A DNA stretch of 64,000 bases from Rhodothermales bacterium (GCA_013002165.1 JABDKO010000076.1:8-64007), one strand, 5' to 3'; shown: positions 20,298-30,225, counted from the stretch's first letter. Notes: generated by a model from the letters alone, not told the origin. Numbers and translations: made by a program.

Positions 20298-21365
20298 CTA
20301 ACCCGCAGACGCTGCCAGCTGACCACATGCGGCGTCGATGTCTTGACCGCGGCTGCGTCGTACTGTAACGGTGACTTCGTTGTCGACCAGAACCTGAATG
20401 AATTGATTCAGACGTTCTTCAGGCGTTGGTTGGAAATCCTTGCCCAGAACAGGATTGTACATGATCAAATTGACTTTGCTCGGAGCCCACGATGCAACTC
20501 GAGCTAGATTGACAGCGTCCGTGACGGAGTCATTGAAACCATCAAACATACAGTACTCATAGGTTACCCTCTTTCCGGTAACTCGAACGTAGTGCTGGAT
20601 AGCAATTCGAAGGGCGGTCAGGTCGGTCCGTTCACTGCGATTTACCGGCATGATAGAACTTCGCTTCGTGTCATCAGGCGCGTGCAGCGATACTGCGAGA
20701 CTGGCAGGAATACCATCATCAGCCAGTCGCTCGATCTGCTTTGCCAATCCGACCGTGGAGACCGTAACGCGCTTGTATGACAACCCGAAGATGTCAGGAT
20801 TGTTGAGTAGCTGACAGGCGAGCAGTACCTGATCATAGTTCAATAGCGGTTCACCCATTCCCATGAACACAACATTTGTTACGCCCCGACCATATTGGCC
20901 TCGTGCACGCTGATCTACAAAGCGAACCTGATCAACAATCACACCTGCTGACAGATTCTCTTTGAACCCCATTGTCCCGGTCGCACAGAAAGTGCAGCCC
21001 ATTGCGCAACCGACCTGACTTGAAACGCATACGGTCAGTCGTTTCGCAACTCCATCAGAATCGAAATCTGGAATGAGAACAGTCTCGAACCGGTTTCCTG
21101 ATTCAAGTTCAAAAAGGAACTTGACCGTGCCGTCGCTGCTTTGTACCTCTTTGATAAGGCGCGCTGTGCCAATGCGTGAACGATCTCTCAGCAACGTACG
21201 AAGTCGAGCCGGTACATTCGTCATTTCGTCAAATGCTGCTACTCCACCCTTGTGCAGCCATCGAAAGATCTGCTTAGCGCGGAAGGAGGGCTCACCAAGG
21301 GATTCGACAAGAGAGACCAGCTCTGGTAGGGTAAGAGTCTTCAGGTCAAGCGGAGATTGATCCAT
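20298..21365 (-). CDS. rlmN: 23S rRNA m2A2503/tRNA methyltransferase RlmN (radical SAM)
   Basis: CVSSQVGCAMGCTFC, FMGMGEP, SLHAP and DIDAACGQL. Confidence 0.97.
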   Translation of the reverse strand: MDQSPLDLKTLTLPELVSLVESLGEPSFRAKQIFRWLHKGGVAAFDEMTNVPARLRTLLRDRSRIGTARLIKEVQSSDGTVKFLFELESGNRFETVLIPDFDSDGVAKRLTVCVSSQVGCAMGCTFCATGTMGFKENLSAGVIVDQVRFVDQRARGQYGRGVTNVVFMGMGEPLLNYDQVLLACQLLNNPDIFGLSYKRVTVSTVGLAKQIERLADDGIPASLAVSLHAPDDTKRSSIMPVNRSERTDLTALRIAIQHYVRVTGKRVTYEYCMFDGFNDSVTDAVNLARVASWAPSKVNLIMYNPVLGKDFQPTPEERLNQFIQVLVDNEVTVTVRRSRGQDIDAACGQLAASAG

Positions 21366-21389
21366 GGAGATGTCAATCTTTGCGATTGC

Positions 21390-22322
21390 TTACGCGAAGT
21401 GCTCGAACAGCATCAGCACAAGCATCGCAGGGACGTACCAGATTGATGCCTTGAACAATTGTTTCGCCGTGTGCCTGTTGCGGTCCAGATGAAACGATAG
21501 TGCCTTATAGCAAAAATAACCGCCCAGTATGATCGCTGCGATCGGATATACGATAGTGACATCACTCACAAGGATAAGAGTAAGGCTGGCGCCGAGTGTT
21601 GCTAATGCGAAGATCAGCGATTGTCTGCCTGTACGCACACCATCTTCCTCCACTGATGGCAGCATCTGGAAGCCGCCGCGAGCATAATCATCGCGATACA
21701 TCCAGGCGAGGGACAAGAAGTGCGGCATTTGCCAGAACAGGAGGACTGCGAATAACGGAAGTGCCGCCAGGTCAATTCTACCGGTCGCTGCCGCGTAGCC
21801 ACCAATGACGGGAATTGCTCCCGGCAGAGTGCCAACCAGTGTGTTCAGTGTTGTCTTACGCTTCAGGGGTGTATACACGAATACGTAAAGCACGATCGTC
21901 ACACTCGCGAGAATAGCTGTTAGTGGATTCACTAACGGACAAAGCAAACCGAGGCCCGCAGCACCTGTCAAATACCCGAACCATCGAGCGCGTGAAGGTG
22001 ATATAATTCCCGATGGTACCGGCCGTCCGGATGTCCGATCCATTAGAGCATCGAAGCGGGACTCCGCAGCATGATTCAACGCAGAGGCGCAGGCAGAGCA
22101 CAACGCAATACCTACCATGGTAACCGTCACATTCAACGCGTCGATACCGCCGGACGAACCAACCAGGTAGCCTGCGAGTGCGGAGATGGTGACCAGAAAT
22201 GTTATTTCGGGCTTGGCAAGTGTAACGTAGTGCCGCCACGATGCGATTGTGTCTGGCGCCATGCCGAGACTGCTCTCGAGGGTGGCGTCTAGCGATTGTT
22301 CAGTGTGCGGGGGTCTATTCAC
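21390..22322 (-). CDS. ctaB: Protoheme IX farnesyltransferase (heme O synthase)
   Basis: LAKPEI, DALMDRTSGRP, YTPLKRKT, FWQMPHF and DDYARGG. Confidence 0.95.
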   Translation of the reverse strand: MNRPPHTEQSLDATLESSLGMAPDTIASWRHYVTLAKPEITFLVTISALAGYLVGSSGGIDALNVTVTMVGIALCSACASALNHAAESRFDALMDRTSGRPVPSGIISPSRARWFGYLTGAAGLGLLCPLVNPLTAILASVTIVLYVFVYTPLKRKTTLNTLVGTLPGAIPVIGGYAAATGRIDLAALPLFAVLLFWQMPHFLSLAWMYRDDYARGGFQMLPSVEEDGVRTGRQSLIFALATLGASLTLILVSDVTIVYPIAAIILGGYFCYKALSFHLDRNRHTAKQLFKASIWYVPAMLVLMLFEHFA

Positions 22323-23305
22323 TGAATGATGCTCGTCTCTGGAATGGAGTTACTCACACGGTCTCTCGTACGCTTTTCAGTTTCCGGAAGTCGCTGTGAT
22401 CGTCGCAGTATAAGGAGAGCGCAGCAAACCATCGTACTCATGAGCAACGCTCCTGTCAGCATGTGGCTGCTATTGATCACTACCTGAAGATTGCTGGGTT
22501 GGAGTAGACCGGCTTCATCGAGTAGCACAAAAAATGCCGTGAACCCGAGAACGATTTGCACTGCCAGAAGTCCGCCTGCAAAGTTTATGATCTTCTTAAG
22601 AGCAACATGCTCGCCATAATTCAGATGAACCTGCACTATCGTGGCTACAATCAGTATCGCTACGACAAAGGCCCAGATGATATGAGTTGTGGCAAGGAAC
22701 GTATCAATACCGGTACCCGGATGTCGAAGCAGCGCTCCAAAAACGATCTGGATGAAGACGGCAGTTGTCGAGAATGCCACGAGTCCCCTTAGTTTTACAG
22801 AATCCGCTCCGCCCGGCGCACGTGATCCAACAAACCACGTTTTCGATGTGAAGAGTGCTAACGAGACGATAGTGGCGAAGAAAATCTGTGCCACGCACGC
22901 ATGAACAACGGCAAGGTCGAGGGAAACCAGGGTGACTCTCAGACCACCCAGAACTCCCTGGAATATGACAAGGAAGAGCGCTCCCGCCCCGAGCCAGCGC
23001 ATCCATTTCCTGCTGTCAGCAAAAAACGTCCAGACGGCGATACCGATTGTGAGCATCCCGACCAGTGTGCCGAGTAGTCGATGACCATGTTCAGCAAGAA
23101 CCGGTGTCATCGTCCACCATTCGGGCCAGGGATTAAGCATGTCCCACGAGTCAAAGGACTTGGGCCAGTCAGGAACGGCGAGGCCGGCATTGATACTGGT
23201 GACGAACGCACCCCAACCCATCAAAAGTAATGTGCACACTGCCGTGAATGCGTAGAAAAGCATTCTCCGCCGGTATGCTGCAGGGTATTGTAAACCTCTT
23301 TTCAA
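22319..23305 (-). CDS. ctaA: Heme A synthase (COX15/CtaA family)
   Basis: AGLAVPDWP, EHGHRL, QGVLGGL, conserved His residues in TM helices; overlaps ctaB by 4 nt. Confidence 0.9.
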   Translation of the reverse strand: MKRGLQYPAAYRRRMLFYAFTAVCTLLLMGWGAFVTSINAGLAVPDWPKSFDSWDMLNPWPEWWTMTPVLAEHGHRLLGTLVGMLTIGIAVWTFFADSRKWMRWLGAGALFLVIFQGVLGGLRVTLVSLDLAVVHACVAQIFFATIVSLALFTSKTWFVGSRAPGGADSVKLRGLVAFSTTAVFIQIVFGALLRHPGTGIDTFLATTHIIWAFVVAILIVATIVQVHLNYGEHVALKKIINFAGGLLAVQIVLGFTAFFVLLDEAGLLQPSNLQVVINSSHMLTGALLMSTMVCCALLILRRSQRLPETEKRTRDRVSNSIPETSIIQ

Positions 23306-23531
23306 AAAAAGCTGTTCGACGCAGGGTCTGAGGAATTGTGCAAAATCGGCTGTGGCCGGTTGAAGAAACAGGAGGTCTGTGTCGCTGTTCCATTAAATAC
23401 GCTTGAAGACGCCCGGTCAGGTCTGCAGATTAATCCAATTTTCGGTTCGTCGACTGCAATTTGTGTAAATTGACGTCCCAGTCGCAAGTGGCGACAGACA
23501 AACCTGGACCTGACCCGAACAAAGCAGATCC

Positions 23532-24068
23532 GTGAATTATTTTCGCAGTGAGTTGATACAGCGACTGACGGGCATAATCGTGTCCGGCACGCTGCTATTG
23601 TCCGTGGTGGTGCCCCTGTCGGGCATCGAAATCACAGCGAAGGACCGGGCTGCTCTACAGTTGTTTGGGCAGTCGCTTGATATACCGGTTGACGGCGTAT
23701 TTCTCAGTTCCTGGCAGACCGCTCTTAACAGCGACGCACCCACACTCAAAGGTTTCGTTGAGGCATTCGTAGGATCCTATGAACGTTCGAATGGGATCGA
23801 AGCAGGATCGCTTCCGCAAGACACACATGTCCTTTGGGCTATCCTGGAAGGAATCAGTCTCAATATTGATCCGTGGGGGATAGCTGCTACTCTGTCATCA
23901 GGGTTGAAATCGACGGTACTTTCTTCGACTACACAGTTGCCAGCGTCGGCGATACGATCGAGCGGAGACAAATCTGCTTTGCGAGAGGTCTGGACGTCAA
24001 CAGCACTTTGGAAGGGTGCGGTACATCTTCGCTCGGTACTTACGCCTGTCAATCCTCAGGGCCCGTAG
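23532..24068 (+). CDS. Hypothetical exported/membrane-anchored protein; candidate secD leader (arrest) peptide ending PQGP-stop
   Basis: GTG start, N-terminal hydrophobic stretch LTGIIVSGTLLLSVVVPL, fills the gap between ctaA and secD on the secD strand, and ends VLTPVNPQGP-TAG. Confidence 0.65.
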   Translation: MNYFRSELIQRLTGIIVSGTLLLSVVVPLSGIEITAKDRAALQLFGQSLDIPVDGVFLSSWQTALNSDAPTLKGFVEAFVGSYERSNGIEAGSLPQDTHVLWAILEGISLNIDPWGIAATLSSGLKSTVLSSTTQLPASAIRSSGDKSALREVWTSTALWKGAVHLRSVLTPVNPQGP

Positions 24069-24162
24069 GACCGGATCCACGCAGCTCTTTAATCTTTTCA
24101 CGCGCACGAGCCGCAACGTCCGGCCGGTGCGATCGTCGTTTAGGACTCAATCTTACGTATCA

Positions 24163-26019
24163 ATGCAAGACAACGGATTAAAAATTGGACTGACAGCATT
24201 CTTTCTCGTGCTGTCCGCCTACTATCTCTGGCCGTCGTTCCAGAATATGTACTACAGCCGACAGATGGACGGCATGGACGAGACGGAACTGGCCGAGTAC
24301 ACACAAGAGAATTTTACAAAACTCGCTTCTCTGAAGGAGCGATCGCTCAATCTCGGCCTGGACCTCCAGGGCGGGATGCACGTCACGCTTGAAGTGCAGG
24401 TAGAAGCGCTGATCAGAGAGCTGGCTACGGATATCGACGAGGTTTTCGACGATGTCATGCTCGCGGCAAGAGATCGTGTTCGTACAGGAAATGAATCGTT
24501 TATCGATGCCTTTGTGGACGAGTTCGAAGCACGCGATCCCAATGCACTCTTGTCGCGATACTTCCGCAGCGAAGACGATGGTATTACCCGTCGCTCGAGC
24601 AATTCGGATGTCGCGGCCTATCTACAAGCTGAAGCTAATGATGCCGTTAACCGGGCTATCGAGATCATCAGAGATCGCGTTGACCGTTATGGTGTCACCG
24701 AGCCGTCAATTCAGAAGCAGGGCACACGTCGTGTGATCGTCGAGCTACCGGGTGTCGACGATGCGGAACGCGTGAGAAATCTTCTAAAGGGTACGGCTCG
24801 TCTCGAGTTTAGATTGATGGCCGAGCCTGAAGAAATTGTTCGGTCCCTTCAGAACATCATTGAGTATTACGAAGAAGAGGTTGCGGATTCTACAGCCACT
24901 GCTGATTCAGCTGCTGCAGACTCTACCGGTGATTTCCTTCTGGATGACGGTATCGACGCACCTGCTAACCCGTTTCTGGACGTCGTCAGTCCTGTTGGCC
25001 AGGGAACCGTCTTCGGAATGGTCTCGATAACAGACTCGAGCGCAGCAAATGCATTGCTTCGTGAGCCGGCTGTGGCTCAGCTTTTGCCGCCCAATACCAC
25101 TCTCATGTATACGTCGAGCCCAATAGGTGTCGACGAGACAGGAAGAGAAATTTACTATCTCCTGGGCGTGCGTGACCAGATAGAAATGACCGGCGATGTT
25201 ATTGAAGACTCTTCGGTCCAGTTCGATCAGATGACAAATGCAGCGCAGGTTTCAATGACGATGGACGGTGTCGGCTCGCGTACGTGGGCACGAATCACGG
25301 GTGCGAATGTTGGCAAGCAGATTGCCATCGTTCTGGACGGAGTCGTCTACTCGTATCCGGTCGTGAATGAGAGAATCGTCGGTGGACGTTCCTCGATCGA
25401 AGGGCTCGATTCGCAGGAAGAGGCTAGCGACATTGTAACGATACTGAAGTCCGGTGCACTACCTGCTCCGGTTGACATAATAGAAGAAAGGACGGTAGGG
25501 CCAAGTCTCGGCGCAGCCTCCATCCGGTCAGGGTTTCGATCCGTAGTTGTCGGACTTTTAATCGTTGCAATTTTCATGATTGTCTATTACCGGACCGGCG
25601 GAATCGTTGCCGATCTCGCGCTGATTCTGAATATTCTCTTTATTCTGGGAATACTCGCAGGATTCAAGGCGACCATCACTCTGCCCGGCATCGCAGGAAT
25701 TGTGCTTACAATCGGTATGGCGGTAGACGCCAATGTCCTCATCTTCGAACGAATCAGGGAAGAACAGGCGACCGGAAAAACGTTGAAAGCCTCGATAGAG
25801 GGAGGCTACGCAAAAGCGCTCAGCGCGATATTCGATGCGAACATCACAACGTTCTTTGTTGGAGCAATCCTGTACTCATTTGGAGTGGGTCCGATTCAGG
25901 GATTCGCTGTAACACTGATGGCCGGTATTCTGGCCTCCATGTTCAGCGCCATAATTATTACGCGCATTGTCATCGACTACATGGTCGTTGGAAAGCGCCT
26001 CGGCATCAACTTCGGGTAA
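24163..26019 (+). CDS. secD: Protein translocase subunit SecD
   Basis: LNLGLDLQGG, RVDRYGVTEP, VELPG, ILKSGALP, VGPSLG, GMAVDANVLIFERIREE and DANITT. ATG 24163 preferred. Confidence 0.97.
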   Translation: MQDNGLKIGLTAFFLVLSAYYLWPSFQNMYYSRQMDGMDETELAEYTQENFTKLASLKERSLNLGLDLQGGMHVTLEVQVEALIRELATDIDEVFDDVMLAARDRVRTGNESFIDAFVDEFEARDPNALLSRYFRSEDDGITRRSSNSDVAAYLQAEANDAVNRAIEIIRDRVDRYGVTEPSIQKQGTRRVIVELPGVDDAERVRNLLKGTARLEFRLMAEPEEIVRSLQNIIEYYEEEVADSTATADSAAADSTGDFLLDDGIDAPANPFLDVVSPVGQGTVFGMVSITDSSAANALLREPAVAQLLPPNTTLMYTSSPIGVDETGREIYYLLGVRDQIEMTGDVIEDSSVQFDQMTNAAQVSMTMDGVGSRTWARITGANVGKQIAIVLDGVVYSYPVVNERIVGGRSSIEGLDSQEEASDIVTILKSGALPAPVDIIEERTVGPSLGAASIRSGFRSVVVGLLIVAIFMIVYYRTGGIVADLALILNILFILGILAGFKATITLPGIAGIVLTIGMAVDANVLIFERIREEQATGKTLKASIEGGYAKALSAIFDANITTFFVGAILYSFGVGPIQGFAVTLMAGILASMFSAIIITRIVIDYMVVGKRLGINFG

Positions 26020-26063
26020 TTGTTTTTCGTCGCGGCGACATGCTGCACAATTAGGATATAATC

Positions 26064-26972
26064 ATGAGAGTTTTTGAAAGCCTGGATTTCCCATTCGTTG
26101 ACAGAAGACGAGTAGGGTATGTCATATCAGGTGTATTGCTTGTACTAAGTATCATATCTCTTGCCACACGTGGTCTGGAGCTTGGCATCGACTTCAAGGG
26201 TGGTCAGGAGTTTGTCATAGGTGTTGATGGTTCGCCTGAGGTTACGGCCGTCAGAGATGCCGTATCGAATGCACTCGGCCAATCTGTTGAGGTGAAGTCT
26301 TTTGGCTCAGACGCGCTCTTGGTGCGGACGACGTCAGAGGAAGATACACCCGACGCGGACGTTCTTCAGTCGACAATCGTTTCGACTATTCAGTCGTCAT
26401 TTGAAGGCTCCAACCCTCGGGTTGAGAAGCGCGATATCGTCGGTCCACGCTTTGCAGACGACCTAAAGCGTGGAGCCATATATTCCGTCTTTGGATCCCT
26501 TCTGGTCATCTTCCTGTACATTCTCATCCGGTTTGAATGGAAGTTCAGCGTCGGAGCAGTCGCAGCGTTGTTTCATGATGTGACCATTACTCTCGGGCTT
26601 TTTTCTTTCCTCCACGGATGGCTGCCGTTCTCACTACAGATAGATCAGGCGATTATTGCGGCCTTCCTGACTATTGTGGGCTACTCTCTAAACGATACAG
26701 TGGTCATTTTTGACCGAATTCGTGAGTATGCGACGCTGTTTAAGACACAGGATTACAACTCGGTGGTAAATCGGTCGATCAACCGGACCCTTTCCAGGAC
26801 GGTTGTTACTTCCGGTACGACCTTGCTCGTAGTTGCCACTCTCTTTATATTCGGTGGCGAGGTTTTGAGAGGTTTCGCTTTCGCGTTGATTATCGGAGTC
26901 ATCATTGGTACCTACTCTTCGATCTTCGTCGCCTCTCCAATCGTGGTAGAGCTTAAAGCCCGCGCAAACTAG
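26064..26972 (+). CDS. secF: Protein translocase subunit SecF
   Basis: GIDFKGG, VGPRF, FHDV, GYSLNDTVVIFDRIRE and GTYSSIFVASP. Confidence 0.97.
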   Translation: MRVFESLDFPFVDRRRVGYVISGVLLVLSIISLATRGLELGIDFKGGQEFVIGVDGSPEVTAVRDAVSNALGQSVEVKSFGSDALLVRTTSEEDTPDADVLQSTIVSTIQSSFEGSNPRVEKRDIVGPRFADDLKRGAIYSVFGSLLVIFLYILIRFEWKFSVGAVAALFHDVTITLGLFSFLHGWLPFSLQIDQAIIAAFLTIVGYSLNDTVVIFDRIREYATLFKTQDYNSVVNRSINRTLSRTVVTSGTTLLVVATLFIFGGEVLRGFAFALIIGVIIGTYSSIFVASPIVVELKARAN

Positions 26973-26999
26973 TATCAGATTATCAAGCTGTAAGAAAGA

Positions 27000-27359
27000 A
27001 TGAACTATAATTTAGATGAGCGCTACAACGCCGTAGTGATTACACTGAAAGGCAATGTGATGGGTGGTCCTGACGGATCGAAGCTGCATAGCACTCTCCA
27101 CGAGCTCAAAGAAAAAGGACAGGTCAATGTCGTCGTCGACTTGTCCAAGGCCAAGTTCATGAACTCGAGCGGACTGGGCATGCTGATCAGCGCGATGACC
27201 ACAATGAGGAATGCAGGAGGGGATCTTCGCCTTGCCAATGTTGCAGATCGCATCCAGTCGCTTCTGGTTATCACGAAGTTGATTACGGTTTTCAAGCATT
27301 ACAATTCCGTTGATGAGGCAGTGTCCAGCTTCGAGGAAGAGGGAACCGAAGCTAGCTAG
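27000..27359 (+). CDS. STAS-domain anti-sigma-factor antagonist (RsbV/SpoIIAA-like)
   Basis: VVVDLSKAKFMNSSGLGMLI with the phosphorylatable Ser; GGDLRL. Confidence 0.9.
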   Translation: MNYNLDERYNAVVITLKGNVMGGPDGSKLHSTLHELKEKGQVNVVVDLSKAKFMNSSGLGMLISAMTTMRNAGGDLRLANVADRIQSLLVITKLITVFKHYNSVDEAVSSFEEEGTEAS

Positions 27360-27370
27360 TAAAGACTTTG

Positions 27371-27400
27371 GACAGGCGGTCGTTAGTTCTACCGCCTGTC
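27371..27400 (+). terminator. Stem-loop directly after the STAS gene
   Basis: GACAGGCGGT-N10-ACCGCCTGTC, a perfect 10-bp stem followed by TTCCTTATT. Confidence 0.55.
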
Positions 27401-27411
27401 TTCCTTATTAC

Positions 27412-27446
27412 AAGGTGGCGAGGGTTTCCTCGCCGCCTTTCTTTTT
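27412..27446 (+). terminator. Rho-independent terminator upstream of purA
   Basis: AAGGTGGCGAGG-GTTT-CCTCGCCGCCTT followed by TCTTTTT. Confidence 0.7.
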
Positions 27447-27492
27447 GACACAACGACTCCGACGAGGGGTCTAATTCTAGTACAAATATCGA

Positions 27493-28788
27493 ATGTCTGT
27501 AACGATAATAATAGGTAGCCAGTGGGGCGACGAAGGAAAGGGTAAAATCGTAGACCTCCTGAGTGCTGATGTCGATGTCGTAGCTCGTTATCAGGGTGGT
27601 GCCAACGCCGGGCACACCATTGCATGGGGCGACACCGAGGTCGTCTTGCATCTCGTTCCGAGTGGGATTTTTAACAAAGATGTGACATGCGTTATCGGTA
27701 ATGGTGTAGTCATTGACCCGGTCGCAGTGCTCGAAGAGATCAAGACAATCCGCAGTCTCGGCTATGAAGTGGAAGGACGCCTCTTGATGTCGCATAATGC
27801 TCATCTCATCATGCCGTACCACAAGAAGATTGAGGAGGCACGTGAACGTGCCCGCGATGCAGGTGCAATTGGTACGACGGGACGCGGTATCGGACCGGCG
27901 TATACCGACAAATACGCACGGACAGGAATTCGTCTCGTCGACCTTCTCGACAGAGACGTCCTGCGGAAAAAGCTCAAAGAGTCGATCGATGAGAAGAATG
28001 CGATTCTCTCGTCCATCTATGGTGCAGAGAAGCTCGACGTTGAGGCCATGATTGATGAGTATGTCGAGTTCGACAAGCTAATTGATCCGTATGTCACCGA
28101 CACATCAGCCTATCTGAACAACGCGCTAAAGGCGGGCAAACGTGTGCTCGCCGAGGGCGCACAGGGTTCACTTCTGGATATTGATTTCGGGACATATCCG
28201 TTCGTGACGTCGAGTCATCCAACTGCCGGCGGTGCATGCACTGGACTTGGCATCCCTCCGACACGAGTCGATCGCGTAGTCGGGATCGTCAAGGCTTACT
28301 CTACGCGCGTTGGAAACGGGCCCTTCCCGACAGAGCTGGACGACGCAGACGGCGAAACATTGCGAAAGGTTGGCCACGAATTTGGCGCAACGACAGGCAG
28401 GCCGCGGCGCTGCGGCTGGCTGGACTTGATGGCTCTGAATTACACTTCAATGATCAACGGCTTTACAGATCTCGCAATAACGAAGCTCGACGTAATGACG
28501 GGCATGCCAGTTGTAAAAGCCTGTGTTGGCTATGAACTCGACGGCAAGCGACTCGACCGATTCCCGAATGATATTACTACGCTTGAAAAAGTGGTGCCGA
28601 TATACGAGTCCTTCGACGGTTGGACTGAAGATCCGCGCGAAGCACGTGCTTTCGAAGACCTGCCATCGGCGGCTCGAAAATACCTGACGTTTGTCTCGAA
28701 CTTCATGGAGGTCCCTATCTGTATTGTCTCGACCGGCCCCAAGCGAGATCAAACATTAAGCAGCATGGGCACGCCCATGGTTGCCTGA
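27493..28788 (+). CDS. purA: Adenylosuccinate synthetase
   Basis: GSQWGDEGKGK, QGGANAGHT, GTTGRGIGP, EGAQG, GATTGRPRRCGW and TKLD. Confidence 0.98.
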   Translation: MSVTIIIGSQWGDEGKGKIVDLLSADVDVVARYQGGANAGHTIAWGDTEVVLHLVPSGIFNKDVTCVIGNGVVIDPVAVLEEIKTIRSLGYEVEGRLLMSHNAHLIMPYHKKIEEARERARDAGAIGTTGRGIGPAYTDKYARTGIRLVDLLDRDVLRKKLKESIDEKNAILSSIYGAEKLDVEAMIDEYVEFDKLIDPYVTDTSAYLNNALKAGKRVLAEGAQGSLLDIDFGTYPFVTSSHPTAGGACTGLGIPPTRVDRVVGIVKAYSTRVGNGPFPTELDDADGETLRKVGHEFGATTGRPRRCGWLDLMALNYTSMINGFTDLAITKLDVMTGMPVVKACVGYELDGKRLDRFPNDITTLEKVVPIYESFDGWTEDPREARAFEDLPSAARKYLTFVSNFMEVPICIVSTGPKRDQTLSSMGTPMVA

Positions 28789-28818
28789 TAACAGAACCGA
28801 TATTCAATTGTCGTGTCT

Positions 28819-28853
28819 AAACAGGCGCAGCGACTCGCTGCGCCTGTTTTTTT
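28819..28853 (+). terminator. Rho-independent terminator after purA
   Basis: AAACAGGCGCAGCG-ACT-CGCTGCGCCTGTTT running into a T-tract. Confidence 0.85.
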
Positions 28854-28866
28854 ATACATGTGAGAT

Positions 28867-30225
28867 ATGAAAGCATACCAGCATTCGATCAATCTCAAGC
28901 TAGCCCTGATCCTTTTTGCTCTGGGAATAGCTGCTCTATCGCTTGTTTACACACAGCGTGTAGTCGACAAACTGCGTGATCGCGAACAGTCAATTGTTCA
29001 ACTCTGGGCAGGTGCCCTCGAGCAGATTCCCAAGGCGGGTCTGCAGTCCATCAATCCCCATCAGCAGGAATTTGCGGCAATGGTGCGTGCACTGGATGAG
29101 GGCACCATCCAGGGTGACGACTCAGTACTCGCGGCGTATCGCGATGCAATACGATGGGCTCAGTCCATGCCGCCAGCCAGTGAGCTCAGTTTTATCATGG
29201 ACGACCTGATCATTCCCGACCGATTTGATATTCCTGCCATAGTGTGGGATACGGGTACCGACTCACCTCAGGCATGGAGAAACGTTGCAACAGACTCCAC
29301 ACTTGCGGGCAGCTCCGAGGCTGAAATACAATCCGTCATGGCCGACCTGCGCACGATCAGGGGTAGAATGGAGGCGCAGCACGAACCGATACAGATTTCG
29401 CTCACATTTCCGGGTGATCCGGGGTCACAACTCGATCAGTTGGTCTACTATGGAGAGTCCCAGCTTATTCGTGAGTTGCGACTTTATCCGTATTTGCAGC
29501 TACTCTTCATTGCCATCTTTGTGGGACTCGGATACCTGGGCTTCTCATACGTACGGCGAAGCGAGCAGCGTAGTCTCTGGGTCGGCATGGCCAAGGAAGC
29601 GGCACATCAGCTGGGAACCCCGATCTCGAGTCTCATGGGGTGGACCGAGATGCTCAAGTTGCCCGATGTAAAAGAAGAGACGCTGCAGACAGCGGTGTTC
29701 GAAATTGAGAAAGATGTCGAGAGGCTTGAACGCGTCGCGCACCGATTTTCGGATATCGGTTCGATGCCGAAGCTTGAACGCGTCAATCTGTTGAAAATTG
29801 TCAATCAGACAGCAGAGTACATGCGTGCACGGATGCCAAGTGGGCGCGACTCCGGATCGCTGCTAATTGAAATACCGGATGATTACTATGCCAGTCTTAA
29901 TCCCGAGTTGTTTGAATGGGTAATCGAGAACTTGATAAAAAATGCGCTCGACGCGATTGAAGGAAAGCCGAGTGAAATATCGATCAACGCGACCAGGTCA
30001 GGTGGCGAGTTCCTTATTGATGTTCGAGACAACGGAAAAGGAATCGACCGGCGAAACTGGAAGAACATATTCCGACCCGGATACAGCACGAAGAAACGCG
30101 GCTGGGGTCTGGGGCTCAGCCTTGCAAAGCGCATTATCGAGGACTATCACAAAGGTTCTCTAACGCTCATCCAGTCCCGTCTCGACCATGGAACAACGTT
30201 CCGGATAGCGATTCCAGCCGACTAA
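28867..30225 (+). CDS. Membrane sensor histidine kinase
   Basis: Two TM segments, WVGMAKEAAHQLGTPISSL (H-box), ENLIKNALDA, DNGKG and GWGLGL. No adjacent response regulator. Confidence 0.92.
   Translation: MKAYQHSINLKLALILFALGIAALSLVYTQRVVDKLRDREQSIVQLWAGALEQIPKAGLQSINPHQQEFAAMVRALDEGTIQGDDSVLAAYRDAIRWAQSMPPASELSFIMDDLIIPDRFDIPAIVWDTGTDSPQAWRNVATDSTLAGSSEAEIQSVMADLRTIRGRMEAQHEPIQISLTFPGDPGSQLDQLVYYGESQLIRELRLYPYLQLLFIAIFVGLGYLGFSYVRRSEQRSLWVGMAKEAAHQLGTPISSLMGWTEMLKLPDVKEETLQTAVFEIEKDVERLERVAHRFSDIGSMPKLERVNLLKIVNQTAEYMRARMPSGRDSGSLLIEIPDDYYASLNPELFEWVIENLIKNALDAIEGKPSEISINATRSGGEFLIDVRDNGKGIDRRNWKNIFRPGYSTKKRGWGLGLSLAKRIIEDYHKGSLTLIQSRLDHGTTFRIAIPAD

Noticed and set aside
24016-24162. N-terminal extension of SecD in the ORF track
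   Set aside because: Overlaps the leader ORF and is not SecD-like; ATG 24163 directly precedes the first TM helix.
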